NCBI GenBank assembly: GCA_964650645.1
Contig: CAZYUH010000001.1
Coordinates: 79,373-143,372 of the forward strand
From: an uncultured Candidatus Saccharibacteria bacterium
Lineage (GTDB): Bacteria; Patescibacteriota; Minisyncoccia; Phycocordibacterales; SBAW01
Direction of reading: 5' to 3'
Length of the DNA: 64,000 bases
The notes under the pieces are model-generated. The model did not search any database. It worked only from the letters and a program-made list of their open reading frames with translations, and was not told where the DNA came from. Positions 48,945-60,723 of the stretch are shown one piece after another. The translations under genes were made by a program, and so were the position numbers. The first letter of the stretch is position 1, and every line of letters begins with the position of its first letter.

Positions 48945-49163
48945 TTACAGCTTAGAGCGGTTGAAAGATATCATTTCCGCGAGGAGCTGGTTCTTGACAA
49001 CCTCGACCGCGCGTTCGTAATTCGCGCTGCCGCGGGGAAGATGCGCGTTTGTCTGCTCAACGAACCTTTCAGCGTGCCAATATACGTCGCAGACGATATT
49101 GGGCACCGCGCTGTGATAGCGGATATCATGAAAGTAGCTGTACCCGCACTCTGCCGTTCTCAT
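48945..49163 (-). CDS. hypothetical small protein (low GC)
   Basis: 72 aa ORF with consensus promoter upstream. Confidence 0.4.
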   Translation of the reverse strand: MRTAECGYSYFHDIRYHSAVPNIVCDVYWHAERFVEQTNAHLPRGSANYERAVEVVKNQLLAEMISFNRSKL

Positions 49164-49197
49164 TCTAAATCCCCTTCTGTTGATACTTCTGATTTTT

Positions 49198-49225
49198 ATT
49201 ATATCATATACTCAATATTTGTCAA
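49198..49225 (-). promoter_or_regulatory. sigma70-type promoter TTGACA-16nt-TATAAT on minus strand
   Basis: Revcomp of 49198-49225 reads TTGACAAATATTGAGTATATGATATAAT. Confidence 0.5.
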
Positions 49226-49249
49226 TTACATGTAAGTGCGCCTTGTTAA

Positions 49250-49590
49250 TAAGGATAGGACTTGGCCAAGCGCTCGCTCGTCGCCGTCGCAAGGAAAAGA
49301 AAAGACGGGACTTGGTCACAAGTCGGCTTTGGCCGTCGCCAAAGTCGCTCGCGACCCCGGAGTTCTGGTTTTTTGACGGGACTTGGTCAGGCGTTCCGAA
49401 TGCGCCGTAGAGGGAAAATACATACGGGCTTGGTCACCTCGAAATTTTGCCGTCGCAAAATTTCTCCTCGACCCCGGAATTCTGGTTTTTGCCGCTGCAA
49501 AAACATCAGAATTCCCTTCAAGTCCCGCCGCCGCATGCGGCTACAGTCATACGAACAAGACCGGCACGGAGCCGGTCTTGTTCGATGATG
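49250..49590. repeat. degenerate tandem repeats derived from tRNA-Asp 3' end (ACGGGACTTGGTCA x3-4; GCCGTCGCAAA x3; CCCCGGARTTCTGGTTTTT x2)
   Basis: Seen directly; compare tRNA 3' end GAGACGGGACTTGAACC at 49597-49613. Confidence 0.65.
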
Positions 49591-49664
49591 CGCGAGAGAC
49601 GGGACTTGAACCCGCAACCTCCGCCGTGACAGGGCGGCGCTCTAACCAGTTGAGCTACTCCCGC
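49591..49664 (-). tRNA. tRNA-Asp (anticodon GUC)
   Basis: Manual fold: GCGGGAG acceptor (one G-U), anticodon stem CCGCC/GGCGG loop CUGUCAC, discriminator G. Confidence 0.8.
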
Positions 49665-49710
49665 AAACAGAACGATTCTACACCAAAACCCCCGTCCGGG
49701 AAACCCTCGC

Positions 49711-50121
49711 CTACCGGCGCGCCTTGCGCCGGACGCGCTCGTGCTCGATGGCGCTCCCGCGCTTCTCGTGCCTCTGCCTGAGCGCCCTGAACTCCTCCGC
49801 CAGCTTCTCAAGCTCGGCGTCGCTCATGTTCTCCACGTCTATGAGCGCGTCGCGCGCCGGGTCGTGCGCGCGGATGAGCTCGTCGAGCTTCAGGTGCACG
49901 GCGTGCGAGTCGCGGTTCTGGGTGTTCTGGATGAGGAACACCATGAGGAAGGTCAGTATCGTCGTGCCGGTGTTTATAACGAGCTGCCAAGTGTCCGAGT
50001 ACGCGAACACGGGGCCCGCGACCGCCCACGCCACTATGAGCAGGAACGCCATGACGAACGCCCACGACGTGCCCACGAGCTCGCTCGTCCTGTGCGCTAT
50101 GCGGCGGAAGAAATCCTGCAT
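49711..50121 (-). CDS. low-affinity iron permease-like small membrane protein
   Basis: 136 aa, 2 TM, SHAVHLKLDELIRA motif. Confidence 0.5.
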   Translation of the reverse strand: MQDFFRRIAHRTSELVGTSWAFVMAFLLIVAWAVAGPVFAYSDTWQLVINTGTTILTFLMVFLIQNTQNRDSHAVHLKLDELIRAHDPARDALIDVENMSDAELEKLAEEFRALRQRHEKRGSAIEHERVRRKARR

Positions 50122-50145
50122 GGCTTCCAGTATACGCCAGTTTTG

Positions 50146-50219
50146 TGTCGGGGGGCAGGATCGAACTGCCGACCTCAGCGTTATGAATGCTGTGCTCTAA
50201 CCGACTGAGCTACCCCGAC
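50146..50219 (-). tRNA. tRNA-Met or Ile2 (anticodon CAU), elongator type
   Basis: Manual fold: GUCGGGG/CCCCGAC acceptor, loop UUCAUAA, T arm GGCAG-UUCGAUC-CUGCC. Confidence 0.75.
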
Positions 50220-50272
50220 ATACTCTGCCCGCGGCAAAGTGTCCTCAAAATAGCATTTTTCCCGCCGCGCGG

Positions 50273-50998
50273 CTAGGCGCGCTCCTTGAGCCAGAGATAC
50301 ACGTGCGCGAACGCCAGGAACGACACGGGAATGGTGACGAGGAGGCCGACCAGGAGCGCCAGGAGGCCCAGGATGTTGAGGCCGAGGATGGCGAGCATGA
50401 ATAGCGCGATGCGCCACTTTACGCCGCTCGTAAGCGCGGTGCTTTTCGAAAGGCTCTCGAGCGCGCCTGCGCCGTCGATGACCGCGAGGCGGGCCATGGA
50501 GTAGCGGATGGCGAAGTAGAACGCGGCGCAGGCGGCCATGGCCATTATGACGATAGCGCCGGCTATCGCCCCGCCGTGGCCCGGCACCGCCGTCCCTTCG
50601 GAGAGGTTGATCGCTCCCGCCGACAAGAGGAGCGCGAGCGCCGCGAGCGCGCCGGCCGCCAGGGGCAGGAAGGAAATGATGCCGGTGAGGAGGCTCGCGC
50701 AGAAATACTTCCACACCAGGCCCACCGGAGGGATGATGTCGCGGTAGCGCGCGGGCTCCCCCTTCGCGAGCCTGAGGAATATGAGGGTCATGCCCGCGCC
50801 AAGGAAGATGCCGAGCACCGCCAGGACGACGGAGGCGACTGCGCCCATGAGCGTGTCCTGATACCCCCTCTGCACCGCGGAGGAGGCCACTTGAAGCGCG
50901 AACATGGTGAGCGTCACGCCGAACACCAGCCCCGAGTGGGCCCGTACCTTGCGCCACCCGAACAGGACCGCCTCCTTTATTGGGAATGATTGCGCCAT
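50273..50998 (-). CDS. polytopic membrane protein (DUF975-like), unknown function
   Basis: ~6 TM; start at MAQSFPIK. Confidence 0.5.
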   Translation of the reverse strand: MAQSFPIKEAVLFGWRKVRAHSGLVFGVTLTMFALQVASSAVQRGYQDTLMGAVASVVLAVLGIFLGAGMTLIFLRLAKGEPARYRDIIPPVGLVWKYFCASLLTGIISFLPLAAGALAALALLLSAGAINLSEGTAVPGHGGAIAGAIVIMAMAACAAFYFAIRYSMARLAVIDGAGALESLSKSTALTSGVKWRIALFMLAILGLNILGLLALLVGLLVTIPVSFLAFAHVYLWLKERA

Positions 50999-51027
50999 AC
51001 GCTGATAGTACACAATGCGGATGAAAA

Positions 51028-52749
51028 CTACCACCACACGCCCGGGACGCCGGCCGCTTTCATTTGCGCCCGCGTGACAGGGCCGAAGTAGCCCGCCGAC
51101 GGGGCGACGCCGCGCGCCGCCTGGTACTTAGCGAGCGCGGCTTTTGTGCGCGCGCCGAAGAAGCTGGTCTCATGCCCCGGCGCGCCCGCGCCGCTTGGCG
51201 CGAGGACGAAGCCGCCCGCATTGAGGAGCTTCTGGAGCGCCAGCACGTCATCGCCCGTCATGCCGAACATAAGGTCGCGAATCATTATATTGTCTGAAGA
51301 CTTAGTAATGACACTTGTGGAAGTCCCGAGGTTCCCAAAAAGATGCGGCCACTGTGACTTAAGGGCATTCGCTGCCGCTGTATTTCCCATATCCATCAGG
51401 TTCTTGACCCGAGACTGGATCGAGGAGCCGGAACGTGAACGAGAGTTCGAGCTGGAATCCGTCGGATCAGAAATGACAGAGCAATCGCTCGTTGTAAACG
51501 ACGCGTCGGGTTGCGTGCTGGTGCCGGCTATATTTACGGCATACGCCGCGTAATGGTAGGTCGTGTTGCACGAGAGGCCCGAGATCGATGCCGTGAACGC
51601 TCCGGCACTGAAGCTACCCGTCTCGGTGGTGGTTGCGGTATAGGAAGTGGTGGTGCCGTAGGCAAAGCCTCGGACCGTCACCGTGGCACTCCCGACATCA
51701 GTGATGGTACCGTTCCCGGTCACGCTCGTGGAAGCGATCGCGCTTGCCGCACCGGTCGTGACGACTGGCGGCGTGCTGAGTACGCCAGTCCAGACATCAG
51801 CAGATCTGACGACTCCGGCGACCTTCGCGCCGTCAGAGGATGACGTGATGGAGTACCATCCGCGGGGACCCGCACTCGTCTGAGCTGCCCACGTCGCGCC
51901 TGAGTCAAAAGAGGCGTAGTTATAGTCTGCGGTCGCAACGGCCGCAAGCCTCGTACCGTCGTCTGAGGAGGCTATAGATATCCAGCTCTTGATGCTCGAA
52001 TTCGTCTGCTCGGTCCAGGTAGCGCCAGAGTCGGTGGAGGTGTAAATGAGCCCGTTATACACCACAGCGGCGAGCTTTGTGCCATCAGAGGATGAGGTTA
52101 TAGCGTACCAGTTGCGGGTACCGGCATTCGTCTGCTCGGTCCAGGTGGCGCCGGAGTCGGTGGAGGTGTAGATGTCCCCGCCTTGGATGACTGCAGCGAG
52201 CTTCGTACCGTCATCTGAGGAGGCTATAGATATCCACGTACCACTACCAGACGCGGTCTGCTCGGTCCAGGTGGCGCCGGAGTCGGTGGAGGTGTAGATA
52301 TAGCCTCCGTTATCCACGGCGGCGAGCTTCGTACCGTCGCCAGAGGAAGCAATGTCATACCACCCCCGGATACCAGACGCGGTCTGCTCGGTCCAGGTAG
52401 CACCGGAATCGGTGGAGGTGTAGATATAGCCTCCATTATCGACGGCGGCAAGCTTCGTGCCGTCGTCTGAAGATGTTATGGAGGTCCAGTTCCGGCTACC
52501 GGCGGCCGTTCGATCGGTCCAGGTGGCACCGGAATCGGTGGAGGTATAGATATCGCCTCCGTATACGACAGCGGCGAGCTTCGTGCCGTCAGCGGAAGAG
52601 GTTATTGCGAACCATTCTCGACTACCGGCCGCAGTTTGATCGGTCCAGGTAATCGTTGCAGCAAACGCTGATACGGGAAGAATAAGACTAACAAGCAGGA
52701 GCAGTGCAGCTGAAGAGGCTCTAAGTCTGACTGCGCGATTTCGCATCAT
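51028..52749 (-). CDS. secreted BNR/Asp-box repeat beta-propeller protein with C-terminal PG_binding_1 domain
   Basis: Signal peptide; ~8 repeats of IYTSTDSGATWTEQT...DGTKLAAV; C-terminal LALQKLLNAGGF...KAALAKYQAARGV. Confidence 0.75.
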   Translation of the reverse strand: MMRNRAVRLRASSAALLLLVSLILPVSAFAATITWTDQTAAGSREWFAITSSADGTKLAAVVYGGDIYTSTDSGATWTDRTAAGSRNWTSITSSDDGTKLAAVDNGGYIYTSTDSGATWTEQTASGIRGWYDIASSGDGTKLAAVDNGGYIYTSTDSGATWTEQTASGSGTWISIASSDDGTKLAAVIQGGDIYTSTDSGATWTEQTNAGTRNWYAITSSSDGTKLAAVVYNGLIYTSTDSGATWTEQTNSSIKSWISIASSDDGTRLAAVATADYNYASFDSGATWAAQTSAGPRGWYSITSSSDGAKVAGVVRSADVWTGVLSTPPVVTTGAASAIASTSVTGNGTITDVGSATVTVRGFAYGTTTSYTATTTETGSFSAGAFTASISGLSCNTTYHYAAYAVNIAGTSTQPDASFTTSDCSVISDPTDSSSNSRSRSGSSIQSRVKNLMDMGNTAAANALKSQWPHLFGNLGTSTSVITKSSDNIMIRDLMFGMTGDDVLALQKLLNAGGFVLAPSGAGAPGHETSFFGARTKAALAKYQAARGVAPSAGYFGPVTRAQMKAAGVPGVWW

Positions 52750-53000
52750 GTACATAACATTAGCATAAATCATGCTCGGTAGTCCGAAGATAAATGGACT
52801 TAATATCCATGAGCCTTTTACCCCCACTTCTTGAGTCGCATCGGAATAGCGAACAGGCTTTTATATGCAATGTCATTGCAGTTCGATTCCCGTCCCCTGT
52901 CTCAAAATCGGCCTTCCTGCTCTGTGACAACGACACAAAACTCCTCCGAATACAAGAATCGGAATCGAACTGGATATACGTTGAAAACGCTACACAACAG

Positions 53001-53040
53001 AAAGAGCCAGCAACATATTTGCTGGCTCTTTCTGTTGAAC
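53001..53040. terminator. hairpin terminator (AAAGAGCCAGC-AACATATTT-GCTGGCTCTTT + T-rich) downstream of initiator tRNA
   Basis: Seen directly. Confidence 0.5.
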
Positions 53041-53104
53041 ATGGGGACCGGTACCGTACTGGCTTTGATGCCTGTCGGTACTGGTTCCTGGCGTCACAAC
53101 CGTG

Positions 53105-53176
53105 TTGCGGGGGCAGGAATTGCACCTGCGACCTTCAGGTTATGAGCCTGACGAGCTACTACTGCTCCACCCCGCT
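53105..53176 (-). tRNA. initiator-type tRNA-Met (anticodon CAU), A1·A72 mismatch, CCA not encoded
   Basis: Near-identical architecture to E. coli tRNA-fMet (GCGGGG-UGGAGCAG...CUCAUAA...CCCCCGCAA); overlapping ORFs 52760..53125 and 52794..53192 rejected. Confidence 0.75.
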
Positions 53177-53261
53177 ATGCGGCATAGTATAGCAAATCGC
53201 GGCGGATTGCTCAACCGCTGCGCGCCCCAACTTGGAGGCGCCGCCTCCTGGCGCCGGATTC

Positions 53262-53912
53262 TTAAATCGCGCCGAATTCCTCAAACACGCGGCGGTACTG
53301 GTCTATGGCGGCCCTCGTGTCGCGCTCGGTAAGGGCGTAGGACTCGCCGCCGTGCGCTATCTCGTTGCGCACCTTGTGCGCCTTCCACGCGATATCGAGC
53401 GTCGTCATCTGGAACGGGTTCGCCATCTTGAGCTGCTCGCCCACCGACGCGCCCTCGTAGCCCGCCTGCGCGAGCACTGCCGCGAGCATGATGTCGGCCT
53501 CGAGTATCGCGCGCCGCCAATCGCTCGGGTTGCCCGATGACGCAAGCTCCATGACGCGCCTCCACCGCTCCTGCTGGGGCGGCAATGAAGCGGAGGCGTC
53601 CGCCGCCTTGACCGCGCGGCGCAGTTCCTTGGCATGGAACCCCTCGTGCTCGACGGTGACGAGCCGTATCTGCGTGTACACGACGAGTATGAGAAGGAGG
53701 AGCGTCAGCACCATGCCCCAGACGGCTATCTGCGTAGCCAGGAACGAGGCCCACGACGGCAGGGTATGCCAGATCCCGCCCGCGTCGAAGCCCCCGAAGA
53801 AATCGTAGACCCGGGTGAGGAGGTACTCGATGTTGAAAAAATGTACCGTACCGCTTTCCACCAAGCTATTGTAGCTCCTTTCCAAGCGCGAGGATCCCCT
53901 CTTCATCCCCAT
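53262..53912 (-). CDS. membrane protein with C-terminal HEPN-like Rx4H motif
   Basis: TM helix MVLTLLLLILVVY; C-terminal KAHKVRNEIAHG. Confidence 0.45.
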   Translation of the reverse strand: MGMKRGSSRLERSYNSLVESGTVHFFNIEYLLTRVYDFFGGFDAGGIWHTLPSWASFLATQIAVWGMVLTLLLLILVVYTQIRLVTVEHEGFHAKELRRAVKAADASASLPPQQERWRRVMELASSGNPSDWRRAILEADIMLAAVLAQAGYEGASVGEQLKMANPFQMTTLDIAWKAHKVRNEIAHGGESYALTERDTRAAIDQYRRVFEEFGAI

Positions 53913-55272
53913 GCGCGCCCGTAAGCTGGAAGCCTACCGGCAGCCGCGCGCCGTCGCGCTCCACCGTCCCCATGGGCACGGAGAGCGCCGGGTTGCCCGT
54001 GATGTTCGCCGTTACGGTGAATATATCCAAAAGGTACATCGACAAGGGGTCGTGCTTCTCGCCTATCTTTATGGCCGGCGAGGGCGCGGTCGGCGTCGCT
54101 ATGGCGTCGACGCCCGCAAGCGCCTCGGCGTACGCGCGCGCGAGCATGTTGCGGGCGGCAAGCGCGCGGCCGTAGTACGCGTCGTAGTAGCCCGACGAGA
54201 GCACGTAGGTGCCCAGCATGATGCGCCGGCGCGCCTCGGGGCCGAACCCTTCCGCGCGGCTCGCCGCATAATCGTCCGCCAGACTGCCGCCCTTGCGCGA
54301 GAGCCCGTAGCGCACGCCGTCGAAGCGCGCCAGGTTGGACGACACTTCGGCGGGCATGATGACGTAGTACGCGGCGAGCGCGAGCGACGGCGACGGCAGC
54401 TCGATGTCCACAAGCTCATAGCCCTTCGCCTTGAGCGCTTCAAGCGACGCCTCGAACCGCGCGAGCACGTCGGCGTCCACACCTTCTTTTAACAGCGCGC
54501 GCGGCACGCCTATCTTCTTTACCGCCGCGCGCGGCGCGTACAACCCGTCCCCGAAGGTCGTGCTGTCCAGCGGGTCGCGGCCCCGTATCGCGTCGTATAT
54601 GAGCCGCGCGTCCTCGGCGGTCTTCGCCAAGGGCCCCGCCTGATCGAGACTCGACCCCATGGCGATGAGCCCGAAGCGCGACACGCGGCCGTAGGTGGGC
54701 TTGAGCCCGGCGAGCCCGCAGAAGCTCGCCGGCTCGCGTATCGAGCCGCCGGTATCAGTGCCCAAAGCGCCCAGGCACATGCCGGCCGCGACCGCGGCGG
54801 CCGAGCCGCCCGAAGAGCCGCCCGGCACGCGCGACGGGTCTACCGGATTGCGGGTCGGGCCGAACGCGGAATTCTCGGTCGAGGAGCCCATGGCGAATTC
54901 GTCCATGTTGGCGCGGCCTACGAACACCGCGCCCGCCTCCTTGAGCTTGCGTATTATCGTCGCGTCGTAGGTCGCGACGTAGCCCTCGAGCATCTTCGAG
55001 GCTGCCGACGCGACGCGGCCTTCTATAAGTATGTTGTCCTTTATGGCAAGGGGGATGCCGAGCAAGGGGTGGCGCTCGCCCGCCGCACGGCGCGCGTCGG
55101 CGGCCTCGGCCTGCGCGATGACGTCGTCGTACACCTCGAGGAATATATTGAGCTCCTTGTTTTTGGCTTCGATTTCCGCGAGGCACGCGCGCGCAAGGTC
55201 AACGGCGGTCAGCTCTCCCGCAGCCATCTTCTTCCCCGCCTCGGCAATTGTAAGATCCGCCAAGCTATTCAT
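53866..55272 (-). CDS. gatA: Glu-tRNA(Gln) amidotransferase subunit A
   Basis: Amidase signature GGSSGGSAAAVAAG. Confidence 0.9.
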   Translation of the reverse strand: MNSLADLTIAEAGKKMAAGELTAVDLARACLAEIEAKNKELNIFLEVYDDVIAQAEAADARRAAGERHPLLGIPLAIKDNILIEGRVASAASKMLEGYVATYDATIIRKLKEAGAVFVGRANMDEFAMGSSTENSAFGPTRNPVDPSRVPGGSSGGSAAAVAAGMCLGALGTDTGGSIREPASFCGLAGLKPTYGRVSRFGLIAMGSSLDQAGPLAKTAEDARLIYDAIRGRDPLDSTTFGDGLYAPRAAVKKIGVPRALLKEGVDADVLARFEASLEALKAKGYELVDIELPSPSLALAAYYVIMPAEVSSNLARFDGVRYGLSRKGGSLADDYAASRAEGFGPEARRRIMLGTYVLSSGYYDAYYGRALAARNMLARAYAEALAGVDAIATPTAPSPAIKIGEKHDPLSMYLLDIFTVTANITGNPALSVPMGTVERDGARLPVGFQLTGAHGDEEGILALGKELQ

Positions 55273-55567
55273 TTTTCTGTATTATCTTGCGCACGACGTT
55301 GAAATCCCCTTCGCGTGACGGGAACGCGGCGCGCAGGGCCTCTTCCTTTCCGGCGAGCGGGTCTTCTTCGCCGCGCGGCGCGTCCTCGCGCATCACGTTG
55401 CGCCACGCGCCCGGGTCCTCCTTCTTCTCCGGCATGGGCACTTCGGAGACCTGCCCGACGTAGTCGAGTATGCTCGATATGTCCTTCTGCAGGACCTCCT
55501 CCTCCTGCGGCGAAAGCCTCAGGCGCGCGAGCCCCGCCAGGGTGCGTACGTCGTCCAGGGAAATCAT
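55265..55567 (-). CDS. gatC: Glu-tRNA(Gln) amidotransferase subunit C
   Basis: 100 aa; LARLRLSPQEEE...ILDYV GatC pattern; overlaps gatA start. Confidence 0.85.
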   Translation of the reverse strand: MISLDDVRTLAGLARLRLSPQEEEVLQKDISSILDYVGQVSEVPMPEKKEDPGAWRNVMREDAPRGEEDPLAGKEEALRAAFPSREGDFNVVRKIIQKNE

Positions 55568-55581
55568 GAGGCCACTATACC

Positions 55582-58137
<2,556 letters not shown>

Positions 58138-58701
58138 TCATTGCCAGTCGAGGAGGTTCTCCCGCACGAATATGTTGCGCGTTACGCCCGACTGCGCGCG
58201 CCACGAGACGGTCACCGTGAGCACCTCCTCGTCCGTGGCCCCGTCGGGCGGCGGTTCGAGCTTCACCGTGCGCCTGAACAGCTGGGGCGTCTGGTTGCCG
58301 TCGGTATAGCTGTAGTATACGTGGCCCGCGCCGTCATCGTACCTCTTTATGTAGGCGCACGCGCCGCTGCAGGCGTCGATGGTGCCCGACGACGGGTCCA
58401 CCGTGCAGCCATCCGCGCCCGTGCACGCGTCGAGGCTGGTGAGCCACGGGTTGCCGGAGAGCTTATTGGTATCGCGCACGAAGCGCACGTACTCGACGGC
58501 GTCCTGCGCCAGGTAGAACGCCATCATCTGGTCGCGGGCTATGAGCGACGCGGAGAGGCCCTTGGAGGCTATGGTGAGCGGCGCCGCTATGGCGGTAGAG
58601 AGCAAGAGCACGGCGACGAGCGTTTCGATGAGCGTGAAGCCCGCTGCCCTCCCGGCGGCGTTCTTGATGTGAGCGAGCGTGCGGCGGAGGTTATTGGTCA
58701 T
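58138..58701 (-). CDS. minor type IV pilin / pseudopilin (prepilin N-terminal methylation domain)
   Basis: AAGRAAG|FTLIETLVAVLLLS. Confidence 0.75.
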   Translation of the reverse strand: MTNNLRRTLAHIKNAAGRAAGFTLIETLVAVLLLSTAIAAPLTIASKGLSASLIARDQMMAFYLAQDAVEYVRFVRDTNKLSGNPWLTSLDACTGADGCTVDPSSGTIDACSGACAYIKRYDDGAGHVYYSYTDGNQTPQLFRRTVKLEPPPDGATDEEVLTVTVSWRAQSGVTRNIFVRENLLDWQ

Positions 58702-59272
58702 ACAATCGCTGGGTTACGCTGGTCTGGAGGTCGAAGGTAGAGGTCTGCGACACGCTCACGTCCACTTCGCCCGACAGGAGGATGACTATATGCGGCTGGA
58801 CCTGCGCGTCGGTCGCGCCGGTCACGTAGAACTGGAGGTTCGTGATGGTCACTTCGGTCGACGTGAGCGGCGCGTAGGAAGACCCGTTCTTCGACACCAG
58901 CACGGCCGTCCCCGAGGAGCTGCAGGCGTCCCCGTTGCCGCGGCAGTACCGCACGGTCTGCCCTTCCGCCGACAGGAACGCGATGGACGACGCGCCCGAG
59001 CTCGACTGGTTGCAGTCGCGCGGGTCCGTAACGGGCAGCACCGAGACGTCGCAGTGGTAGTTCACGCCGGTGCGCATGGCGCGCGACATCGCGTCGAGGG
59101 AGAAGTTCAGGTTATTGATGACCGACTTGAGCGCCTGCGCCTTGCGGTCGCTCTCGGCCATCGCCAGGAGCGCGCCGAGCGCTATCGTCATGACGGTCGT
59201 GAATATCGCCACCGAGACGAGCACCTCGATGAGCGTGAACCCCTTCTTGGACTGTAGCGTGCGGTATCTCAT
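58691..59272 (-). CDS. minor type IV pilin / pseudopilin
   Basis: KKG|FTLIEVLVSVAIF; start at MRYRTLQSKKG. Confidence 0.75.
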   Translation of the reverse strand: MRYRTLQSKKGFTLIEVLVSVAIFTTVMTIALGALLAMAESDRKAQALKSVINNLNFSLDAMSRAMRTGVNYHCDVSVLPVTDPRDCNQSSSGASSIAFLSAEGQTVRYCRGNGDACSSSGTAVLVSKNGSSYAPLTSTEVTITNLQFYVTGATDAQVQPHIVILLSGEVDVSVSQTSTFDLQTSVTQRLYDQ

Positions 59273-59273
59273 A

Positions 59274-59990
59274 TCAGCAGGCGGCGACTCCGGCGGAGTC
59301 AAGGTTAGGCTTGCACACCACAATCTGCCCGGTGCCGGTTATCTTTATGGTGCGGTAATTGCTCCCTCCGGCCGCCTTCACCTGCACGTAGGCGTAGTCG
59401 TACACCGGCGCGGCGCCCTCGGCGCACGCCGCCGCGCTCTGGTCTGTGGAAAAGCACGCGTCGGGGTTGGGCCGGCGGAAATAGGCATTGAGGTAGGTTA
59501 TGGTTGGGCTGGTACCGACACCGCACTGGTCGCCCGAGCTGGCATGGACGCAGAAATTGCTTATGAGGTAATCGGTCCCCTTGCCGTTGCCTATGGTAAA
59601 GCGCGGCAGCTCCTCGCCAGCATCATACTGGCCGCCGCCGTCCGCGTCGGCGTACATGAGGTAGTGGCTGTTGTCCACGAGCCCGTTGTTGCCGAAGTAT
59701 ACGCCGTACCCGCTCGCGAACACGCCCGAGCCCGCGGCGCTCTCGCGCACCGAGTTGCCGTACACCTGCGCCTGCCGCATCGTGAGCGCGATGCTGTAGG
59801 AGAGGCTGCGCAGAAGGGTCGAGCTGTTGAACCCCTGCTGGCGGAACAGGATGAAGCCGGTAATGAGCACTATGATGGCAGACACCACCAAAAGCTCGAT
59901 GAGCGTGAAGCCCGCCGCGGCGCGCGGCAGGTTGCGGCGCGCGCGGAGTCGCTTAGAAAAGAAGCTCGATATGCGGGAAAAGATCGGCAT
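59274..59990 (-). CDS. minor type IV pilin / pseudopilin with long leader
   Basis: AAAG|[13 protein letters not shown]. Confidence 0.7.
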   Translation of the reverse strand: MPIFSRISSFFSKRLRARRNLPRAAAGFTLIELLVVSAIIVLITGFILFRQQGFNSSTLLRSLSYSIALTMRQAQVYGNSVRESAAGSGVFASGYGVYFGNNGLVDNSHYLMYADADGGGQYDAGEELPRFTIGNGKGTDYLISNFCVHASSGDQCGVGTSPTITYLNAYFRRPNPDACFSTDQSAAACAEGAAPVYDYAYVQVKAAGGSNYRTIKITGTGQIVVCKPNLDSAGVAAC

Positions 59991-60723
59991 GGAAGAAATA
60001 AGCGATGGCGCACCCGAGTACGAGGAACGGCGCGAAGGGCACCTCGCTTCCCATTGTATATCTCTTTTTCGCCATCGCGATGAGGAGCACTCCCGCTATG
60101 GCGCCCGTCCAGAACGCCGCGAGGAGCGCCGTAAGCCCGAGCGTTATCCCCAGGAACCAGCCCAATGAGAGCTCGAGGACGCCGTCGCCCCACCCCATCC
60201 ACCGGCCGCCCGAGACGAGCGATATAAGGAGGAGCGGCGCGGCGAGCGCCGGGCCCGCCCACCACTGCCCCATGGCCCCGCCCGGGTATCCTGCGGCGCC
60301 GAGCGCCACCCCCGCGAGCGCGAGCGCCATGAGCGCCAGCGACGCCGACCACGGGATAATGAAATGCCGCAGGTCGTACACGACCACGAACAGGAGCGTG
60401 AGCCACACGGCGAGCCAGTACGCGAACCACGGCGTCGGGCCCGTCTGCAGAAGCACCCCGACGGCGAGCAGGCCCGCGATCGCCTCGACCGCCGGATACT
60501 GCCATGAAATTTTTGCGCGGCAGTAGCGGCAGCGGCCGCGAAGGAACGCGAAGGAAAGCAGGGGAACGAGGTCGGCCGCTTTCAGCTCATGAGCGCAGCG
60601 CATGCAGGCCGAGCGCCCGCGCAGGACCGACGAGCCGGTGTTAAAGCGGAAGAGGAGCGCGTTGAGGAAGCTTCCGAGTATGGCGCCGAGCCCGCCGGCG
60701 TAGATAAGCGCGGCAAGCGTCAT
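59953..60723 (-). CDS. pilD: prepilin peptidase (A24 family)
   Basis: CxxC...CxxC zinc motif (CMRCAHEL, CRYCRAKI), polytopic, catalytic Asp regions; start at MTLAAL. Confidence 0.85.
   Translation of the reverse strand: MTLAALIYAGGLGAILGSFLNALLFRFNTGSSVLRGRSACMRCAHELKAADLVPLLSFAFLRGRCRYCRAKISWQYPAVEAIAGLLAVGVLLQTGPTPWFAYWLAVWLTLLFVVVYDLRHFIIPWSASLALMALALAGVALGAAGYPGGAMGQWWAGPALAAPLLLISLVSGGRWMGWGDGVLELSLGWFLGITLGLTALLAAFWTGAIAGVLLIAMAKKRYTMGSEVPFAPFLVLGCAIAYFFHADLFPHIELLF

Noticed and set aside
49230-49600. Possible CRISPR array
   Set aside because: The repeat units are irregular in length, are derived from the tRNA-Asp 3' end and have no uniform spacers. No cas genes are present.
52760-53192. 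ORFs 52760..53125(-), 52794..53192(+), 52831..53145(+)
   Set aside because: They overlap the initiator tRNA and its terminator hairpin. The region 52830-53000 is better explained as the promoter/5' leader of the BNR-propeller gene.
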